A DNA stretch of 64,000 nucleotides from an uncultured delta proteobacterium (GTDB lineage: Bacteria; Desulfobacterota; Syntrophia; Syntrophales; UBA5619), in assembly GCA_963817385.1 (NCBI GenBank), contig CAWFOM010000001.1:64001-128000 (forward strand), written 5' to 3'. The position numbers and the translations under genes were made by a program. Position 1 is the stretch's first letter. Each line of letters opens with the position of its first letter. The notes beneath the pieces are model-generated. The model worked only from the letters and a program-made list of their open reading frames with translations, was not told where the DNA came from and did no database searches. Positions 33,527 to 45,256 of this stretch are shown here, in pieces.

Positions 33527-35164
33527 TCAGACGACAACCGAGGACCGGATGTTCCCCCCCTCGAGACGGGTGTAGACGCTCTTCACCCACTCGGCCTTCG
33601 TATCGGGAAAATCATCCCGGAAATGGGCACCTCTGCTTTCCTCGCGAAAGAGCGCGGCACTGGCCACCGCCCGGGAGGCCAGCAGCATGGAGCGGACTTC
33701 AAAAAAGGCGCTCCGGTCCTCCGGGCGCTCCGGCTGTCCCTCTTCAAGGGAGTTCTGCCACGCTTCCATCCGGGCCAGGGCCCCGGCGAGCCCCGTTCCC
33801 CGGCGAACGATTCCCACCTCTTCCCACATCGTTTTCTTGAGGGTCTTGCGCAGGGCTTGGATCCTCTCCCGGCCGATCGTCGGGCCGCTCTGCCCCGCAG
33901 CCGGGCGGAACGCCTCATCGGGAGCGGAGACGCCTTCCCGCTCCCCGGCATACCGGACGGCGCTCCGGCCGGCGATCCGCCCGAAGACCAGGGCATCGCT
34001 CAAGCCGTTGCCGGAAAGCCGGTTCGCCCCGTGGATTCCCCCGCTTGCCTCACCGGCGACGTAAAGGCCATGAACGGAAGTCCGGCAGGAGGGATCGATC
34101 GCCACCCCGCCCATGAAGAAATGGGCAGCCGGAGTAACCAGGATCGGCTGCGTGTGAAGGTCAATCCCCCGCTTCGTAAACGCGGCAATCAGATCGGGAA
34201 ACCGAAAGGCCAGCAGGTCGCGGGGCACCCCCGTGATGTCCAGATACACCCCGCCATTGATCCCCCCGCCCTGCCGGATCTCCCGATAAATCGCCTGGCT
34301 CACGGCATCCCGGGTCGCCAGTTCCATGCGCTCGGGTTCGTATCGCGCCAGAAACCGCTCCCCGTCCTTGTTGCGCAGGACGGCCCCGTCGGAAAGGATC
34401 GGGCTGGAGATGGGGATGCGGGGCGATCCCAGGTGTACGCAGGGGAAGAACTGGACGAACTCCATATCCCGGAGGGGACAGCCGGCCTCCATCGCCAGGG
34501 CATAGGAATCGCCGGTGATGCCCCCCGGATTGGTGTTTTTCTCGTAGAGAAACCCCCCGCCTCCGCCCGCCAGAATCACGGCCCGGCATTCAACGGCGAC
34601 CATCTCCCCGGTTCGCCTGCGGACCCCCAGGGCACCTGCAATCCTGCCGTTTTCCACGACGAGCTTGACGATGCCGACCCCCTCCATCCGGGGAATGGAT
34701 CGCTCCATCACCCGCTGCCGCAGAGGAGCGGTGATCGACTTGCCCCGGATGTGCATGGGATAGCCCGGATTGACCGTAAAGACGGTCCGCGGACGGAGGT
34801 GGCCGGGGGGCTTGCGCAGATCGAAACGCCCCTCCCGTTTGATGAAGTTCAGGCCCAGTCTCTCCAGAAGCATGAGATCGCCGGGGGCGTTGGCCGCCAG
34901 GGTCCGCACCAGATCCGGGTCGTTGATCCCTGCTCCGGCCATGCAGGTCTCCTCCGCGTGGGAGGAGATGCGATCTCCGTTCGCCTCCCCTTCGGGCAAA
35001 ACGGCGGCGAAATTGGCGCCCGCCATCAGCGTCGCCCCGCTGTTGCCGACGGCGCCTTTGCTCACGATCAGGATGGACAGGGACGAGTCGGCGGCCTCCA
35101 GCGCCGCCATCATGGCCGCCAGCCCCCCGCCGATGATGAGAATGTCGGTCTTTAGTTTTTCCAT
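33527..35164 (-). CDS. FAD-dependent oxidoreductase, L-aspartate oxidase/fumarate reductase flavoprotein family
   Basis: IIGGGLAA, MEFVQFFP, HFFMGG, HGANRLSGNGL, ESRGAHFRDDFP. Confidence 0.88.
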   Translation of the reverse strand: MEKLKTDILIIGGGLAAMMAALEAADSSLSILIVSKGAVGNSGATLMAGANFAAVLPEGEANGDRISSHAEETCMAGAGINDPDLVRTLAANAPGDLMLLERLGLNFIKREGRFDLRKPPGHLRPRTVFTVNPGYPMHIRGKSITAPLRQRVMERSIPRMEGVGIVKLVVENGRIAGALGVRRRTGEMVAVECRAVILAGGGGGFLYEKNTNPGGITGDSYALAMEAGCPLRDMEFVQFFPCVHLGSPRIPISSPILSDGAVLRNKDGERFLARYEPERMELATRDAVSQAIYREIRQGGGINGGVYLDITGVPRDLLAFRFPDLIAAFTKRGIDLHTQPILVTPAAHFFMGGVAIDPSCRTSVHGLYVAGEASGGIHGANRLSGNGLSDALVFGRIAGRSAVRYAGEREGVSAPDEAFRPAAGQSGPTIGRERIQALRKTLKKTMWEEVGIVRRGTGLAGALARMEAWQNSLEEGQPERPEDRSAFFEVRSMLLASRAVASAALFREESRGAHFRDDFPDTKAEWVKSVYTRLEGGNIRSSVVV

Positions 35165-35249
35165 CGTTCCCCGCCCCACCGTTATACCGTTTGCCGCATG
35201 ATCCCCTTGATCGCAATGACTCCGCTGACTATTCCTCCCCGGTGTCCGA

Positions 35250-37097
35250 TCAGTTTGCGCCGTCACCGCCGGCAGGCGCACAGCGGGCCATCACCATCTC
35301 TATCGTGGCGTGCAGTTGCCGCATGTCAATGGGTTTGCTGATATAGTCGTCCATTCCCGCCGCCAGGCAGCGCTCCCGGTCCCCCTGCATGGCGCTGGCG
35401 GTCATGGCAATGACAGGGACGCGAACGCCCCCCGAAGCGCGCTCCGCATCGCGTATCGCCGCCGTTGCCTCCAGCCCGCCCAGCACCGGCATCTGCACGT
35501 CCATCATCACCAGATCGAATTGTTCCCGCCGAACCATCTCCACCGCCTGGGCACCGTCCCAGGCAACGGTCACGCGGTGTCCCTCATTCTCCAGCACACG
35601 CTGTGCGAGAAACTGGTTTACCGGATTGTCCTCCGCCAAAAGGATGTTGAGGGCGCCGCACGGCGCCGCGGCCCGGTTCACGGTGGGCACCGGGGCAAGA
35701 CCGTCCGCCGGTTCGGGGCAGAGAGGCTTTGCACCGACGGGCGGCGCACCGGAGGAAACGGCGAAACGGGCGGTGAAAAAGAAACGACTGCCGACTCCGG
35801 GTTCGCTTTCCACCCACACGCGGCCCTGCATCATCTGGACAAGCCGCCGCGATATGGCAAGCCCGAGCCCCGTGCCGCCGTATTTACGCGTGGTGGAAGC
35901 GTCAACCTGGCTGAAGAATTCAAAAATGAGCTGCTGCTTGTCGGCGGCGATGCCGATACCCGTGTCGCGTACCATGAACCGCAGCGTCACCGCTTCCTCC
36001 GACCGGCGCTCCAAAGACACCCGCACCTCCACCTCGCCGCGGTCGGTGAATTTCACGGCGTTCCCCACCAGATTCAAGAGCACCTGCCGCAGCCGACCCG
36101 GATCACCGCACAGGAAGTCGGGGACCCCGGGATCGATATGGGACAGGAGCATCAGCCCTTTTTCGCGGGCGTATTGCGCCACCGTCCGAAGAACGGCCGC
36201 CAGCGTCTCTCCCAGAGTAAAATCGGTGCTCTCGAGATCAAGCCGCCCGGCTTCGATCTTGGAGAAATCCAGCACATCGTTGATAACCGTGAGCAGGGCG
36301 TCCGCCGCCGATTTCACGGTCGTCAAATATTCGCGCTGCTCGCCGGAAAGCGGGGTGTCCAGGGTAAGCTCGGTCATGCCGATGATGGCGTTCATCGGGG
36401 TGCGGATCTCATGGCTCATGTTGGCCAGAAATTCGCTCTTGGCGTGGCTCGCCGCTTCCGCCGCATCTTTCGCCTGACGCAGCTCGATAGCGCTGTCGCG
36501 CACGATTTTGAAGGCCTCTTCCAACTCGGTGTTGCTGCGGCGCAGCTTATACCGCAGGTTGGACAGGTAGGACCCCATCCCGGCAAACCAGGAGATCACC
36601 GCCGCCATCACGATCCACTGCACCATCTCGACACGCAGATCGATGGCGGCCCGACGGAACTCCCACAATAGCGTAATCACCGAGGCGTGGCACACCAGTA
36701 TCAGGAAAGCGACGCCGAATATCTGTCGGGTGCGGAGGTGGAACATTCCGAACACGAAAGAGACCATGTAGATTATCAAAAACATGGCGCGCGCTTCACG
36801 GGCAAAAAACACCAGATGGCTGATGACCAGGATGGAGGCAACGATCTGCGGCAGGGTCAGGCTGGGATCTGCGAAGCGAAGGTTCCAGCCGGTGCGGAAC
36901 AACACGTAGAACAGGGCGATAAGGAACAGGATGGCAACGGAGGCCTGGAGGAAGGGGGCCAGGTCGAGAATCCCCTGCCACCAGCACAGCGCCGCCAGGA
37001 CGATCACCATGAGGGAGGTGCCGGCCGCCATCTGATAGCGCCGCATCCTCACCGCCTGCTCTTTGTTCTCCTGCTCGGTCAACATCATACCCGTCAA
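35250..37097 (-). CDS. membrane hybrid sensor histidine kinase/response regulator
   Basis: TM N-terminus; [19 protein letters not shown], receiver LLAEDN...MDVQMP. Confidence 0.93.
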   Translation of the reverse strand: MTGMMLTEQENKEQAVRMRRYQMAAGTSLMVIVLAALCWWQGILDLAPFLQASVAILFLIALFYVLFRTGWNLRFADPSLTLPQIVASILVISHLVFFAREARAMFLIIYMVSFVFGMFHLRTRQIFGVAFLILVCHASVITLLWEFRRAAIDLRVEMVQWIVMAAVISWFAGMGSYLSNLRYKLRRSNTELEEAFKIVRDSAIELRQAKDAAEAASHAKSEFLANMSHEIRTPMNAIIGMTELTLDTPLSGEQREYLTTVKSAADALLTVINDVLDFSKIEAGRLDLESTDFTLGETLAAVLRTVAQYAREKGLMLLSHIDPGVPDFLCGDPGRLRQVLLNLVGNAVKFTDRGEVEVRVSLERRSEEAVTLRFMVRDTGIGIAADKQQLIFEFFSQVDASTTRKYGGTGLGLAISRRLVQMMQGRVWVESEPGVGSRFFFTARFAVSSGAPPVGAKPLCPEPADGLAPVPTVNRAAAPCGALNILLAEDNPVNQFLAQRVLENEGHRVTVAWDGAQAVEMVRREQFDLVMMDVQMPVLGGLEATAAIRDAERASGGVRVPVIAMTASAMQGDRERCLAAGMDDYISKPIDMRQLHATIEMVMARCAPAGGDGAN

Positions 37098-37722
37098 ACC
37101 CCGTCCCCCTGTTGTCGTGGAAGAGCCGCACCGCGCAGATCGGAAACCAGCTTCCTGCCGGCGGCCAAGGCCTGCGGAAGCGCATCGGGCGATTTCAGTA
37201 TGTCGCCGCAGGCGTCGACGCCCCGAAAGAGCAGCTCACCCGTATACTCCGTATTGAAGGCATCGAAGAAATACCGGACCGTCAGGACCGCCCCCTCGAA
37301 CATGCGCTTACCCTTGGTCCCCCCCACGGAGATAAAGAAGCCCCTCCTCTTCTCGACCTCCGCTCCCAGAGCGGGATCGTGGAGCACGTATTTCCGTGCC
37401 CACAGCGCCTGACAACGGTCCACCATGGCCTTGGCCCAGCCGGTAATCCCGTAGAAGAATATGGGCGAGGCAAGGATGACGATATCCGCCTCCAACAACC
37501 GGGAATAGATGCCCCGCATGTCATCGGCGATAACGCAGGCGCCGTCCTTGAAGCAGGTGAGGCACTCCCGGCAGGGGGTAATCCGGAAATCACACAGATG
37601 TATCCCCTCCACCCGCGCCCCCTCTTCCCGCGCCCCCTTCAGGGCCTCTTCGAGAAGGAGGTCCGTGTTTCCCCCCGCCGGGGGCTCCCGAAGAGCCCCA
37701 GAACCTTCAGCGCATTGTTCAT
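37094..37722 (-). CDS. iron-sulfur flavoprotein / NADPH-dependent FMN reductase (homopolymer frameshift near 37675)
   Basis: [16 protein letters not shown] then GNTDLL, CRECLTC...C. Confidence 0.85.
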
Positions 37723-37734
37723 TGTTCCACCTCG

Positions 37735-38929
37735 TCAACAGGGTGCGGGAATGGAACGGAAGTCCCGCATGCCGTCCAGTTGGGGTTTCTCGACATCTTT
37801 ATGCTGAACGAGCACCTTGAAAATCTCCCCCATGCCCGCGTCGGGCTCTATGAGGTGCTTGAGGGAGAGACGCATTTTCAATGCATCGATCTCCGCTATC
37901 CTCCTTGGCCGCCTCCGCCATCTCGCCAAGAAGCCCCAGGCTGATGAGAAAGCGATACTGGGGAACCAGACCGGTGAACGACAAACCCGCCTCTTCCCCC
38001 CCGCGGATAAGTGCGGAGAAATTGACATGGGCGGTCATGTCCTGTTCGCCGACCCGTTCATAGGGATTTTCGGACGACCGATGCCGGTAATAACACATGA
38101 TCGTCCCCGACCTGCGCCACGGGGCATAGAGTTCATCGGCAAGGCAGCCGTAATCGATCGTCATGACGAAACCCCTTCGGAGGCTGCGCCCCATGGCGCG
38201 AATCCATTGAAGGGCCTGGAGATTTACTTCCGCCTCCTGCCCTTCCGTTAGCACAACGTCGTCAACGGTGAAGTATTCGGCGATCTCCGGTGAAGAGAGA
38301 TCGCCGGGCGCCTCCACGAAACCGCCATCATGTTCCCCCACGTAGATCTCCCGGAGCTTGCCGCCTTGAAAAACTACCCGGTGGACCGGAAACGCGTCAA
38401 CCAGTTCGTTGGAGAGAAAACAGCCCTCGATCGCCTGTTCACCCCTTTCCAACTCCCCCGCTTCCCCCCAGGATACCTTCCCCTCCCGCTCGTAGAAGGC
38501 CAGCGTTTCCTTCTGTTCTTCGACACGCCGGCGGGAGGCATCGAAGAGCCGATAGTCGAGGCGGCGATAAAACGCCGGGGCGCTCCGGCTGGCCCAGTCC
38601 AGGATATCCCGGCACAGAAACCCCCGCCCCGCCCCCATCTCGACCACGGTGAAGCGCTTCGCCCCCATGCGCTCGCTCATCTGAATGATCTGCTTAGCCA
38701 CCATGCGTCCAAAAAACGGATGCACGCACGGGGCGGTGTAATAATCCCCCCGCTTCCCCGTTTTCGTGCCTTCCGAATGGTAATACCCGTAATCCGGGTG
38801 GTAGAGACACCACTCCATAAAACGAGCGAAGGGGACGGGCCCGCCCTCCCTGATTTGCGCAAGGATGAAATTCCGCAGGCCGCCACCGGGACGAGGGTCG
38901 CGTTTGTTCATGGACTGGGTGTTACTCAT
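37735..38929 (-). CDS. SAM-dependent methyltransferase, NDUFAF7/MidA family (frameshift near 37890)
   Basis: FARFMEWCLYHPDYGYY, EMGAGRG, SNELVDAFP, QDMTAHVNF, FKVLVQHK. Confidence 0.88.
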
Positions 38930-39246
38930 GGGCGCTCGCTTCTTACGCCGGAAGAATAGGGAAAGCGCCCGTGCATGTCAATGATTTTCTCCCGCGGTTT
39001 ATTAAAGCCTGTTCAGGCACAGGAAAGCGATACGCTGAGTGCGGAAGGAAAGAAGGGAACTTGAAGCATTCCGCAGCATGGATTGATCCCCGAATCCGGA
39101 GGACGAAGGGAGCGAACATCAATATAAACAGTTGCCAATAGAAGGGATTGATGTTATTGAGTATCCAGGAAATGGACCGAGTCGAGGGATCCTGAGACCC
39201 GGCAAATCGCCGCTTCACTGGTCGTGCGTGACCAAAGGAGGGAGGT

Positions 39247-40921
39247 ATGTCATTCGAACGGATCTGGCACAAGTCCTACGCCCCCGGCGTACCGCCGGCA
39301 ATCGAGCCGGAGCAAATTACGATGGGGGAAGTCCTCCGGCGGACCGCCAAGCGGTACCCGGATCGGACGGCCTTCATCTTCATGGGCCGCAAGATCTCCT
39401 TTGAGGAGCTGGAGTCGCTGGTCAACCGCTTCACCCGGGCCCTGGCGGGCCTTGGTGTCACGGCGGGAGATAAAGTGGCAATGCTTCTGCCGAATCTTCC
39501 TCAGTTGGTGATCGCCAACCATGCCTGTTACCGCCTCGGCGCCATTACCGTGATGAACAACCCGCTCTACTCGGAGCGGGAACTGGAGCGGCAGCTCAAC
39601 GATTCCGACGCGCGCTTCCTCATTACCCTCGATCTCCTCCTCCCCCGGGCGTTGAAGCTCAAGCCTTCGACAAAAATCGAGGCGATCATTCCCTGTCACA
39701 TCAATGACTATCTCCCCTTTCCGAAGAAGCAGCTCTACCCATTCGTGAAGAAGGAGATGTACCGGAAAGTCATCGCGGAGCCGGGCGTCCACCCCTTCCT
39801 CGATCTGATCGGCAAGTACCCCGATGACCCCGTCCCCATCGAGGCCCGGTGGGGTGATGTCGCCGCCTTCATCTACACCGGCGGGACGACCGGGGTGAGC
39901 AAGGGGGCCATGCTGACCCACGCGAACATCAGCGGAGTGGTCCAGCAGTTCCTCGCCTGGTTTCCCGATTTGAAGGAGAGCGAGGAGACCATCATGGGGG
40001 TCTACCCCATCTTCCACTCGGCAGGCTACACGGTAAGCCAGAACCTCACCATATGGGAAGGCTGGACGAGCATCATGATCCCCAGGCCCGAACCGGGTAT
40101 CATCATCGAGATGCTCAAGGCCTACAAACCGGGATTCCTCCCCGGCGTCCCGACGATCTTCGTCGGCCTCCTCAATCGGGAGGAATTCCGGAAGATGGAT
40201 CTCTCTTTCATACAAGGGGTTCTTCGGCGGAGCGGCCCCGCTGGCAGCGGATACGGTGAAACAGCTCACCGAACTCACCGGCAAGGGGATCTACGACGTT
40301 TACGGGCTCACCGAGAACACCGCCCTGGCCACCTGCACCCCCTGGAAGGGGAAGATCAAACCCGGCACCGTCGGCGTCCCCATCCCCAACACGGAGATTA
40401 GGATCGTCGATCTGGCGACGGGTACGCAGGAGCTTCCGGCCGGCGAGGCGGGAGAGATCTGTATCAAGGGACCCCAACTCATGCAGGGCTATTACAATAG
40501 ACCGGAGGAGACGGCAAATGCCCTCCGCGACGGCTGGCTCTACTCGGGAGACATCGGCTTTCTCGATGAGGACGGCCACCTGACGATCATCGATAGGAAG
40601 AAGGACATGATTGTTGCCGGCGGCTACAACATCTATCCCAAAGAGATCGACGAGGTTCTCTATGAACATCCGAAGATCGTCGAGACCTGCGCTGTCGGCG
40701 TCCCGGACGAGTACCGCGGCGAGACGGTGAAGGCCTTCGTCGTGATCAAGCCGGGGGAAAGCCTCACGGAAGAGGAGGTCATCGACTATTGCCGGGAGCG
40801 TCTGGCCGCCTATAAGGTCCCCAAGCAGATCGAATTCCTGCCATCCCTCCCCAAGAGCGCCGTAGGGAAGATCCTCCGGCGCGAACTCCGGGCACTGGCG
40901 ACAAAACAAGCGGATACTTAA
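39247..40921 (+). CDS. long-chain fatty acid--CoA ligase (frameshift near 40215)
   Basis: YTGGTTGVSKG, YGLTE, GWLYSGD, PKSAVGKILRR. Confidence 0.92.
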
Positions 40922-40956
40922 AGAAGAAGTAACTTCGCGACGGCAGTCGAGAGCCG

Positions 40957-41226
40957 CTATTTGGAAAACCTCTGAGCAGCGCGTGCTCGTGCCTTGGAAG
41001 CCTCTTCTGCACGGTTCCTCGGCGGTGCGTTCGTCTCTAGCGAGTTCAGAAGATTTCTGGAGACTGCTTCCACCTCGTCAACAGCCGCAAAGAATGCATC
41101 TTCGTTGACCTTCGATGGCTTGTTGAAGCCGCTTACTTTTCTCACGAATTGTAGTGCGGCCCCGCGAATCTCATCGTCGGTCACAGGCGGTTCGAAGTTG
41201 AAGAGGGTCTTGATGTTTCTGCACAT
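40957..41226 (-). CDS. DUF2277 family protein
   Basis: MCRNIKTLFNFEPP...AALQFVRKVSG. Confidence 0.85.
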   Translation of the reverse strand: MCRNIKTLFNFEPPVTDDEIRGAALQFVRKVSGFNKPSKVNEDAFFAAVDEVEAVSRNLLNSLETNAPPRNRAEEASKARARAAQRFSK

Positions 41227-41252
41227 AGGCGTTACCTCGCTGTACCAGAGTC

Positions 41253-41309
41253 ACCCAACAACACGCTGCACCTGCCGCTTTAGCGGGCAGGTGCAGCGTG
41301 TTGTTGGCG
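41253..41309 (-). other. attC site
   Basis: Minus strand CGCCAAC AACACGCTGCACCTGCCCGC...GCGGCAGGTGCAGCGTGTT GTTGGGT. Confidence 0.85.
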
Positions 41310-41535
41310 AGTAACCTATTGAATGATCGAATATATTTTGTGGTTTCCCCTCCATGATAGGAACAATCGTTTTGTACCATGACGCAAAATTTTCATGAGC
41401 CATTAGATCGTTGAGCGTTTTTTCATACGCCGCCAATGAGGAATGAGTTGTTTTGCGTACTACCGTAGCAGCTAGCGATTTTATAAATACCTCTTTGGTA
41501 TGCTGGCAAGGGCGATCCTTCCTGGCTCTTGTCAC

Positions 41536-41596
41536 CGCCAACCCCGAGTGTCGGGATCGCGCTTTTGCGGCGCCACTCTCGAACGCAAGGTTAGAT
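41536..41596 (-). other. attC site, probably damaged on the distal side
   Basis: Minus strand ATCTAAC CTTGCGTTCGAGAGTGGCGCCGCAAAAGCGCG...GTTGGCG. Confidence 0.55.
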
Positions 41597-41629
41597 TGTT
41601 CATAATCCGTCGTAGCGGCTATTTCTGCT

Positions 41630-41995
41630 TCACCGCCTGCTTGGTTCAATGAGGATCACGCCAGCACTTGCCTGTAGTGGATATGACCCCATCGCCGGGC
41701 CGGCAAACCAAACCTTCACTTGTTGCCCCACTTGAAGTTCGGTAGTGCCCACGATACCTTCGCCTTGGCGGAACACGTGAGTACCATCCGTTATTCTCAC
41801 GCGCGCCTTAGCGGAGCCATGTGACTCAGCAGGATTCTCTTCCACAACAACCACGGGTAGAGCTATAGATGTAACCTGTCCGATAATCGACGGTGTCGTG
41901 CGTGGGATGGCGACGATAACATCAGATGCCGAGGACGAACACGCAGAGATAATCAGGGCACTGAAAAGGAGTACATTCACGGAGCAGGTACGCAT
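41630..41995 (-). CDS. lipoprotein, DUF3221-like OB-fold
   Basis: Lipobox ISAC; LQVGQQVKVWFAGPAMGSYPLQA. Confidence 0.75.
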   Translation of the reverse strand: MRTCSVNVLLFSALIISACSSSASDVIVAIPRTTPSIIGQVTSIALPVVVVEENPAESHGSAKARVRITDGTHVFRQGEGIVGTTELQVGQQVKVWFAGPAMGSYPLQASAGVILIEPSRR

Positions 41996-42127
41996 GTTTT
42001 TTCTTTACGCTTTTCGAGTATGTTTGGCAATCTAATCGGGATGCGGTGGCGCCGTCCATTTCTCAAGGTGTAATTACTTATTGGTGCTCGTTGAAGGCTT
42101 AGTCGGCATCGTGTGATCATCGCAGCG

Positions 42128-43087
42128 TTAGTCCCCCGTCTTCGCAATAACCGGGCGCAGAGGCGCCTCGTTGACATGCAACTGAAACACGTCCGGTCGG
42201 CTGTAATGGCCGGCGACGTCAAAGTCGAACTTCCCGCGGCCGATATCGCCGAGATCGAGCGTCGCCGTCAGAATGGTTTCGCCCTCAAAATGAGGCCCCG
42301 CGAGTACCTTGCCCAAAGGGCTGACGATTGCGCTACCGCCGCGCATCAACACCGAATCAGGCGAATCGCCGAGGGACACGCGCATGGTGTCCGGGAAATC
42401 CTTCTTGCGGATGAACTGGCATGCCGTTAGTACGAAACAGCGCCCTTCCAACGCGATGTGTTGCATAGACGACAACCAGGTGTCCCTGTCGTCAGCGGTA
42501 GGGGCGCAATACAACGCGACGTTCTTTGAATACATCGCCATCCGCAGCATCGGCATGTAGTTCTCCCAGCAGATCACCGAGCCGATTCGTCCGTAGGGAC
42601 TGTCCACGGCCGTCAACGTCGAACCATCGCCGAATCCCCAGATCATTCGCTCCAACGCGGTCGGCATGAGCTTGCGGTGTTTGCCGAGCAGCCGACCGTC
42701 CGGACCAAAGAAAAGTACCGTGCAGTAACAGGTGCCCAGTTCGCGCTCGATCACCCCCATCACTACGTAACTTCCCTGTGCCGCGGCGGCCTCACCGAGC
42801 CGCTGCGTTTGCGGACCGGGCACCTCGATTGCCGCATCGAGATAAATCCGAAACTCTTCACGCCCGGCCGCATCGCGCGCGCCAATCACAAGGCCATAAC
42901 CGAACCCCTTCGGATATCCGACGATGAACGCCTCCGGGAAGACAATCACTTTTGCGCCGGTGTCAGCTGCTTCTCCGATCAGGCGAACTGCCTTATCAAC
43001 ACACGCTTCAGTATCGAATGGCACTGCTGCCGCTTGTACTACGGCAACCTGAACCGTTTTCTCTTTTGTAGACGAAATCATTTGCAT
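42128..43087 (-). CDS. nitrilase (carbon-nitrogen hydrolase)
   Basis: Catalytic triad motifs FPEAF, HRKLMPT, ICWENYMP; FDVAGHYSRPD. Confidence 0.93.
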   Translation of the reverse strand: MQMISSTKEKTVQVAVVQAAAVPFDTEACVDKAVRLIGEAADTGAKVIVFPEAFIVGYPKGFGYGLVIGARDAAGREEFRIYLDAAIEVPGPQTQRLGEAAAAQGSYVVMGVIERELGTCYCTVLFFGPDGRLLGKHRKLMPTALERMIWGFGDGSTLTAVDSPYGRIGSVICWENYMPMLRMAMYSKNVALYCAPTADDRDTWLSSMQHIALEGRCFVLTACQFIRKKDFPDTMRVSLGDSPDSVLMRGGSAIVSPLGKVLAGPHFEGETILTATLDLGDIGRGKFDFDVAGHYSRPDVFQLHVNEAPLRPVIAKTGD

Positions 43088-43189
43088 AAACCTCCTCTCT
43101 CTATCAGTCGGCGCCTAGGAGGAAGCCATATGAGATTCTGCACCAACCAGCACAAATGGTATTGCGGAATCGATCCGCATCAGGAGGCC

Positions 43190-43678
43190 TTATAAGTGTT
43201 GGGCCGCGCCACTCCAGTGCTTCCAGAGAACAATAAACGTGATGTAGTGCGTCACCAACAACGCGGGGACCCAGAACGCAGGTATCCAATATGCCGGCCC
43301 CATATACGCCGACGCCCCATAGATCGTGGCCAATGTTATAGCTGCGATTAGGTCCGCTGTTCCTTCTACATTGAAAATCCATACGAGCAGTCGACCACCA
43401 GGTACGTTTCGTACCACAGATGGAATCGCGGCAAGCGCGAGCAACGCGGCAAGCAGGTCACCGAATGCTGCTGGATAGGCGAATTGAGGGGGGATTCCCG
43501 CGTAGGTGGCTCCCGGAGCAAGGAACATCAGGCCGAGGTGTCGGAACGAATGTAGCAGAAGGATCGGCACCAGAACTGCCTGCGGACTGAGTTCCGAAAG
43601 TTTCGGCAAGAGGTAGATCCGAGCAACGACCCAGAACACAAAGGTACTGAATAGAAGATTAACGGTCAGAACGTTCAT
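43190..43678 (-). CDS. hypothetical membrane protein
   Basis: RBS; hydrophobic segments, LLLHSFRHLGL, AFGDLLAA. Confidence 0.75.
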   Translation of the reverse strand: MNVLTVNLLFSTFVFWVVARIYLLPKLSELSPQAVLVPILLLHSFRHLGLMFLAPGATYAGIPPQFAYPAAFGDLLAALLALAAIPSVVRNVPGGRLLVWIFNVEGTADLIAAITLATIYGASAYMGPAYWIPAFWVPALLVTHYITFIVLWKHWSGAAQHL

Positions 43679-43759
43679 CTTTGCACCTCCATTTCGTCAG
43701 GTGGCAACCATTTTTGGGGAAGGCTACCGTCCGTTGCAACCGTTTGGACTTGCCAATAT

Positions 43760-43985
43760 CCACAATGATACCCTCCCGGTACTCTTTCCGCCAACGGGAA
43801 AGCATGAATGGGTGTATATCCAGCGCCTCAGCTACGTCCTTAACTTGCACACCCGGTAAATGGCTGAGCTTTACCGCCGTTGCCTTGAACTCTTGGCCGT
43901 AACTGTGTATCTTCCTAGGTCCAATCATCTTCGCCATTATAACACCTCCGTTAGTTCGAGGTGTCTACATTACCGGGGGAACTTT
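43760..43985 (-). mobile_element. IS3-family remnant (left end plus truncated OrfA)
   Basis: IR-like AAGTTCCCCCGGTAATGTAGACAC, then YGQEFKATAVKL...VAEALDIHPFMLSRWRKEY HTH. Confidence 0.75.
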
Positions 43986-43988
43986 TTT

Positions 43989-44012
43989 GTCGGCTACAAC
44001 GCCTTGTTAGGC
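43989..44012 (-). other. half attC cut by the IS3 end
   Basis: Minus strand GCCTAAC AAGGCGTTGTAGCCGAC, immediately followed by the IS end. Confidence 0.65.
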
Positions 44013-44058
44013 ATGATTGGATTTTCCCCACTTTCTGAGTCGCCCGGTAATCCCCTCA

Positions 44059-44805
44059 TCACCGCGTCATCAGCGCGAACACGCCCCAGCCCAGGTATTC
44101 ACGCGTGTAAGCGGCGTAGCGCTCGGGTTCCGAGGTTAGTTTGGCTCGAACATCTTTCGCGAACTCGTCGTCGGGATTGGCTTCAAGCCATCGGCGCATG
44201 GTGAGCCACTTGGCCGCCTCGTATCTGTCCCAGCCGTCTTGGTCTGCCAAAACCATTTCCACGACGTCGTAGCCGAGGTGGCCGAAAGACGCGAGAAGTT
44301 CTGGAAGCAGGAGAAAGTCGGAGATTGAGCCGGCAAGACACCCCCTGGCAACATCTTCCGTCGGCGGTAACTGCCGCCAGTAGGGCTCGCCGATGAGGAT
44401 GATCCCTCCGGTGCGGAGGCTCTGCGCCAGAAGCTCGATGGTGCCGACGACTCCCCCAGCGATCCACGTGGCACCGAGACAGGCTGCCACACCGGCCTTC
44501 TCGTCAGAGACGAAGCCGGCAGCATCGCCATGGATGAACTTGACTTGATCGGCGACACCGAGTTTTTCAGCGCGGAGTTTCGCTTGCTCGGTGAACAACT
44601 GGCTCATGTCGATGCCGGTGCCGATGACTCCGTAATCGCGTGCCCAGGTGCACAGCATCTCCCCCGAACCGCTGCCGAGGTCGAGCACTCGGGTCCCCGT
44701 TTCCAGACGCAGCGCCGCGCCGAGAGTGGCGAGCTTTTCGGGTGTGAACGGGTTATGGATGCGGTGAGCACTTTCGGTGATGTTGAAGATCCGTGGAATG
44801 TCCAT
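44059..44805 (-). CDS. class I SAM-dependent methyltransferase (YjhP-like)
   Basis: MDIPRIFNITESAHRIHNP, VLDLGSGSG, YLGWGVFAL. Confidence 0.9.
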   Translation of the reverse strand: MDIPRIFNITESAHRIHNPFTPEKLATLGAALRLETGTRVLDLGSGSGEMLCTWARDYGVIGTGIDMSQLFTEQAKLRAEKLGVADQVKFIHGDAAGFVSDEKAGVAACLGATWIAGGVVGTIELLAQSLRTGGIILIGEPYWRQLPPTEDVARGCLAGSISDFLLLPELLASFGHLGYDVVEMVLADQDGWDRYEAAKWLTMRRWLEANPDDEFAKDVRAKLTSEPERYAAYTREYLGWGVFALMTR

Positions 44806-44846
44806 TGCAGAAAATCTCCTTACGGGTGTGAATAGATTCGGTCACT

Positions 44847-44922
44847 GCCTAATCGCGGCACGATCCGGAACATCACCGGGAGGCCGGCCCTAAGGCCGAG
44901 CCGGTGGATGCCGTGGTTGGGC
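44847..44922 (-). other. degenerate attC of the TA cassette
   Basis: Minus strand GCCCAAC CACGGCATCCACCGG...CCGGTGATG, followed by TTCCGGATCGTGCCGCGATTAGGC. Confidence 0.65.
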
Positions 44923-44926
44923 AATC

Positions 44927-45256
44927 TTAGAATGCAAACAGCCGCTGTAAAACAGAAATAACCTTTAGCTGGGTTTCCGCATCAAGAGAGCCAAGGTTCT
45001 TTATCAGTCGCGTTTTATCTATTGTCCGTATCTGATCTAAAACGATGTGCCCATTTTTCTTCTTGAATTGGCATGCTATTCGTGTGGGATAGTCTTGCCC
45101 CGCAGTCGTCATCGGGGCTACTATGACGGTGCGGATATATCGGTTCATTTCGTCCGGCGAAATAATCAAACAAGGTCGTGTTTTCTGAATTTCAGAACCA
45201 ATAGTAGGATCAAGATTTGTTAAATACACATCAAATCGTTTCACTACCATTGCCAT
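44927..45256 (-). CDS. PemK/MazF family toxin
   Basis: LDPTIGSEIQKTRPCLIISPDEMN, LDQIRTIDKTRL. Confidence 0.93.
   Translation of the reverse strand: MAMVVKRFDVYLTNLDPTIGSEIQKTRPCLIISPDEMNRYIRTVIVAPMTTAGQDYPTRIACQFKKKNGHIVLDQIRTIDKTRLIKNLGSLDAETQLKVISVLQRLFAF

Noticed and set aside
41251..41649. 132-aa ORF as a real gene
   Set aside because: It runs through two attC sites; at most a fragment of a damaged cassette
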